A stretch of DNA of 64,000 nucleotides from Bacteroidaceae bacterium (GTDB lineage: Bacteria; Bacteroidota; Bacteroidia; Bacteroidales; Bacteroidaceae), in the NCBI GenBank assembly GCA_024398755.1, contig JAKSIQ010000007.1, positions 2,531 through 66,530 of the forward strand, in the 5' to 3' direction. Made by a program: the position numbers and the translations under genes. Within the stretch, counting starts at the first letter, position 1, and the number at the start of each line of letters is the position of its first letter. Positions 60,641 through 64,000 of the stretch are shown piece after piece. The notes beneath the pieces are model-generated. The model was not told where the DNA came from. It saw only the letters and a program-made list of their open reading frames with translations, and did no database searches.

Positions 60641-62176
60641 CTACTTTCTCCAGTCCGCCCGGTCCAGTGAGCGGTAGCTTATGGCTTCGGCAATGTGATG
60701 GCTCTGCACCATGTCGTTCCCTTCAATGTCCGCAATTGTCCTTGCAACTTTCAGAATGCGGTTGTAGGCACGTGCCGACAGATCCAGCCGGATCATTGCA
60801 TCGCGCAGCAGCAATAATCCTTCTCTGTCCGGCAATGCGTATCTGCTGACCATGGACTGCGTCATCTGCGAGTTGCTGTAGATTCCCTTCTCGTTACGGA
60901 ATCTGTCCGCCTGAATTGCGCGTGCTGTTTCAACCCTGCTCCTGATGGAGCTGCTGGACTCAGTCCTGTAATCACGGCTCATCACCTCGAACGGTACCGG
61001 CAGAATTTCACATTGTATGTCAAATCTGTCCATCAGCGGGCCCGAGATTCTGTTCCTGTACCGGCTGATCATGTCGGGACGGCAGGTGCAGGGGCGTGTC
61101 GGATGGTTGCAGTAACCGCACGGGCATGGGTTCATGCTGGCCACAAGCATGAATGAAGCGGGGTATTCGACACAGTACTTTGACCGTGAAACCGTAATGC
61201 GTCTGTCTTCAAGAGGCTGTCGCAGCATTTCCAGCACCGTGCGGGAAAATTCCGGAAGCTCGTCAAGATAGAGTACACCATTATGTGCCAGACTTATTTC
61301 ACCCGGTTGTGCGTTGGTCCCTCCGCCTGTCAGTGCCACGCCCGATATGGTGTGGTGGGGGCTGCGGAACGGCCGTTCGGTCATGAGAGAACCGCCCGAT
61401 TTGGAAAGACCGGCTACCGAATGGATTCTGGTCGTTTCAAGGCTTTCCTCCAGGCTCAGGGGCGGCAGAATTGAAGGCATTCGCTGTGCGATCATGGATT
61501 TGCCGCTTCCCGGAGGACCGCTCATTATAATGTTGTGTGATCCTGCCGCAGCTACCTCCATGGCACGTATTACGGCCATCTGGCCTTTGACATCGGCATA
61601 ATCCGGAAGAGATGGTGCTGTCGCTGACGCATTCATGCCCTGTTCTCCATTGAACGGTTCCATGCGGACTGTACCGTTCAGAAAGCCGATGACCTGTTTC
61701 AGATTGTCGGCCCCTATTATTTCAAGACCTCCGATTGCGGCGGCCTCAGGAGCATTGCCAATTGGCAGAATCATGCCTTTGAAACCGCTTTCCTTTGCCT
61801 TGAGAGCCATGGACAGGGCGCCTCTGACAGGAAGCAGAGTGCCGTCAAGGCTCAGTTCGCCCATAATCAGATATTCATCAAGGTGTTCTGTGCTGAGCAT
61901 GTCTCCACCGGCCAGAATTCCTATTGCCAGCGGCAGATCGTAGGCGGCCCCTTCCTTGCGTATGTCGGCTGGCGACATATTCACAATTATCTGCCGTGCC
62001 GGAAACTTCATGTCCAGGCACTGCAAGGCCGATACTATGCGTTCATGACTTTCCCTGATGGCACTGTCAGGCAGACCTACCAGGAAGAAACGGATACCTC
62101 GTGAAGTGCTGACTTCTATAGTCACCACAAATGCGTCTATCCCTTGGACAGCCGCACCGAATACTTTTACTAGCAT
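60641..62176 (-). CDS. comM: YifB/ComM family Mg-chelatase-like AAA+ ATPase
   Basis: Lon-protease-like N-domain, Walker A GPPGSGKS, Walker B VLYLDELPEF, 511 aa. Confidence 0.9.
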   Translation of the reverse strand: MLVKVFGAAVQGIDAFVVTIEVSTSRGIRFFLVGLPDSAIRESHERIVSALQCLDMKFPARQIIVNMSPADIRKEGAAYDLPLAIGILAGGDMLSTEHLDEYLIMGELSLDGTLLPVRGALSMALKAKESGFKGMILPIGNAPEAAAIGGLEIIGADNLKQVIGFLNGTVRMEPFNGEQGMNASATAPSLPDYADVKGQMAVIRAMEVAAAGSHNIIMSGPPGSGKSMIAQRMPSILPPLSLEESLETTRIHSVAGLSKSGGSLMTERPFRSPHHTISGVALTGGGTNAQPGEISLAHNGVLYLDELPEFSRTVLEMLRQPLEDRRITVSRSKYCVEYPASFMLVASMNPCPCGYCNHPTRPCTCRPDMISRYRNRISGPLMDRFDIQCEILPVPFEVMSRDYRTESSSSIRSRVETARAIQADRFRNEKGIYSNSQMTQSMVSRYALPDREGLLLLRDAMIRLDLSARAYNRILKVARTIADIEGNDMVQSHHIAEAISYRSLDRADWRK

Positions 62177-62205
62177 GGAAAGATTTTATAATAGTGCTGT
62201 TCATG

Positions 62206-63267
62206 TTACCATCTTATTTTCCGCATGTCACCATTTCTGACAGGAAGTTTCTGCTCCAGTTGGAATATGACATCCGAAATGTCCTGCGACTTGAATGAGA
62301 ACCTTTTTGTTTCAGTAAGAAATATGTAAACCGGCAGATCGAAGTCTGAAGTAATATTCAGCAGTCTGCTGTTCCAGCCTGACGGGTCATTGTATGAGTA
62401 CCATTTTAGCGTGTCATGCTGGATAGTCTGTTTCCATCGTTTGGTATTTACATCGACCGAAACATCCGCCAAATCAAGATGCCGGCCGATGAACAAATCC
62501 ACCAATGTATCCATATCATTGCGTGCGTCAATTCCGGCTTCTCCATTCCAGGTTGCCCAAAGGCATACAAGCATGAAATTGTTCCTGTCTCCGACATTGG
62601 CAAAGTCATATTTCACTCCAGCCGTATCATACACGTCCATGCTGTTCAGATAACGGTTAATTTCAGGCTCATCTGACTTGAGTTCCGGTTTCAGGTATGT
62701 CAGAAAAGGGGTGTCCTGCATTATTCCGCTCATTTTCTCAACCAGATTCATCACATCCTGGCTTTCTGCATGCCATTTCTTCAGCGCGTATGCATAGATG
62801 ATATAAGGTGTGACCTCCGAGAACGGGTCATTCCCAATGAAGGAGTCAATTCTTGCTGCGGTCTGTTCAAAGCAGTCGTCATCGGCTGCCTTTAATGCGA
62901 AGTCGTGGAACGATTCATTCTCAATGCTTCCAGTAACTGATGGAATACCGCCATCGGCAGCATCGGGTATGAAGATGCGCGCTTCAATGCCACGTTCGGC
63001 AAATACCGGGTACTCGCTGCCGTCCGGCAATAGAAGTATCAGAGTGGTCGCTGTATCCGGTCTGAATGACCATTCGAATTTTCCGCCGTCAGGGCGTATG
63101 GTGTCAACCCTGTCAAAACGGTTGTCAAGACCGACAACCAGTATGCTGTCATCGGAACCGCTTCCAACAGTACCGTCAAGCGTGAACATATCCTTGTTCC
63201 TGCAGCCTGTAAGCAGCAGAAGGGTACATGTCAAGGCAATGACGGCAATGGAAAAGGTTCTTCTCAT
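62206..63267 (-). CDS. Lipoprotein with DUF4369-like N-domain and thioredoxin-like C-domain lacking the CxxC motif
   Basis: Start at M13 (MRRTFSIAVIALTCTLLLLTGC). The position where TlpA-like proteins have WCxPC reads LWATWNGEAG. Confidence 0.6.
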   Translation of the reverse strand: MRRTFSIAVIALTCTLLLLTGCRNKDMFTLDGTVGSGSDDSILVVGLDNRFDRVDTIRPDGGKFEWSFRPDTATTLILLLPDGSEYPVFAERGIEARIFIPDAADGGIPSVTGSIENESFHDFALKAADDDCFEQTAARIDSFIGNDPFSEVTPYIIYAYALKKWHAESQDVMNLVEKMSGIMQDTPFLTYLKPELKSDEPEINRYLNSMDVYDTAGVKYDFANVGDRNNFMLVCLWATWNGEAGIDARNDMDTLVDLFIGRHLDLADVSVDVNTKRWKQTIQHDTLKWYSYNDPSGWNSRLLNITSDFDLPVYIFLTETKRFSFKSQDISDVIFQLEQKLPVRNGDMRKIRW

Positions 63268-63277
63268 TGGCAGTTGT

Positions 63278-64000
63278 TTATTTGGCTGCGCGTTTGCGCT
63301 CAAGTTCGTTCAGAATGACCTTGCGCATACGCATGCTCTTGGGAGTCACTTCAACGTATTCGTCATTCTTTATATATTCCAGAGCTTCTTCAAGAGAGAA
63401 GATTACAGGAGGTGCAATGTGTGCCTTGTCATCGCTTCCGCTGGCACGCATGTTGGTAAGCTGCTTGCTCTTGGTTACGTTTATTACCAGGTCGTTCTCG
63501 TGCACGTGCTCACCTACAACCTGGCCGGCATAAACCTGATCCTGCGGGTTAATGAAGAACTTGCCGCGATCCTGCAGCTTGTCAAGTGCGTAAGCGAATA
63601 CGGTACCTGTCTCCATGGCAACCATCGAACCGTTTGTACGGCGTTCAATGTCACCCTTGTAAGGCTGGTATTCCTTGAAGCGGTGTGCCATGATGGCCTC
63701 GCCCTGCGATGCTGTAAGCACATTGGTTCTCAGGCCGATAATGCCGCGTGAAGGTATGTCGAACACAATGACTACGCGGTCGCCCTGGGTGTCCATCGAT
63801 GTCATTTCGCCCTTACGCTTTGTGCAAAGGTCAATCATCTTGCTGGCGAATTCCTCGGGGACGCTTATGGTCAGTTCCTCGATAGGCTCGCAGTTCTTGC
63901 CGTCAATCTCCTTCATGATAACCTGAGGCTGTCCTACCTGAAGTTCATAACCTTCGCGGCGCATGGTCTCAATCAGGATTGACAGGTGCAGCACACCACG
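63278..64000 (-). CDS. typA: Translational GTPase TypA/BipA, C-terminal part (N-terminus beyond window end)
   Basis: The frame is open to base 64000 (RGVLHLSILIETMRREGYELQVGQPQVI). The C-terminus ends ...LNELERKRAAK. Confidence 0.9.
   Translation of the reverse strand, partial: RGVLHLSILIETMRREGYELQVGQPQVIMKEIDGKNCEPIEELTISVPEEFASKMIDLCTKRKGEMTSMDTQGDRVVIVFDIPSRGIIGLRTNVLTASQGEAIMAHRFKEYQPYKGDIERRTNGSMVAMETGTVFAYALDKLQDRGKFFINPQDQVYAGQVVGEHVHENDLVINVTKSKQLTNMRASGSDDKAHIAPPVIFSLEEALEYIKNDEYVEVTPKSMRMRKVILNELERKRAAK

Noticed and set aside
62810-63751. 313-aa + strand ORF
   Set aside because: It spans the boundary of two minus-strand genes (the thioredoxin-like lipoprotein and typA) and is antisense to both.

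Overview
Chromosomal window from a Bacteroidales-type genome. This is inferred from frdCAB, a T9SS C-terminal-domain protein, DUF-type Bacteroidetes genes, and repeated TAnnTTTG -7 boxes 15-60 nt upstream of starts. I support about 50 protein-coding genes and one tRNA-Leu(UAA). I saw no rRNA, CRISPR array, integrase or transposase. Most genes are housekeeping: frdCAB, uvrC, dtd, deoC, mnmG, polA, leuS, rdgB, ychF, lgt, mutS, dacB, purD, metK, metG, comM, typA. They sit in long co-directional runs with tiny gaps or overlapping stop/start codons. The one accessory-looking segment is 42.9-47.9 kb. There, two ~600-bp inverted paralogous modules bracket a 3.76-kb GH31 / Nudix / lipoprotein cassette. 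Each module is a conserved AT-rich leader plus a gene for a 117-aa signal-peptide protein of no family I recognise. The non-coding leader and signal peptide are more conserved between copies than the mature proteins. Other items worth a second look: a MATE-like transporter with an extra ~155-aa C-terminal domain laid out like a SpoIIAB/RsbW GHKL domain; a ~170-nt metK leader ending in a terminator-like hairpin; a THUMP methyltransferase with a basic KPF-repeat tail; a Gly/Met-rich insert in a carboxylesterase; a 338-bp AT-rich gene-free island; and a PorZ-like T9SS gene coupled to leuS-rdgB. All calls come from reading the sequence and ORF translations by eye. Family assignments are motif- and memory-based and were not searched against any database.
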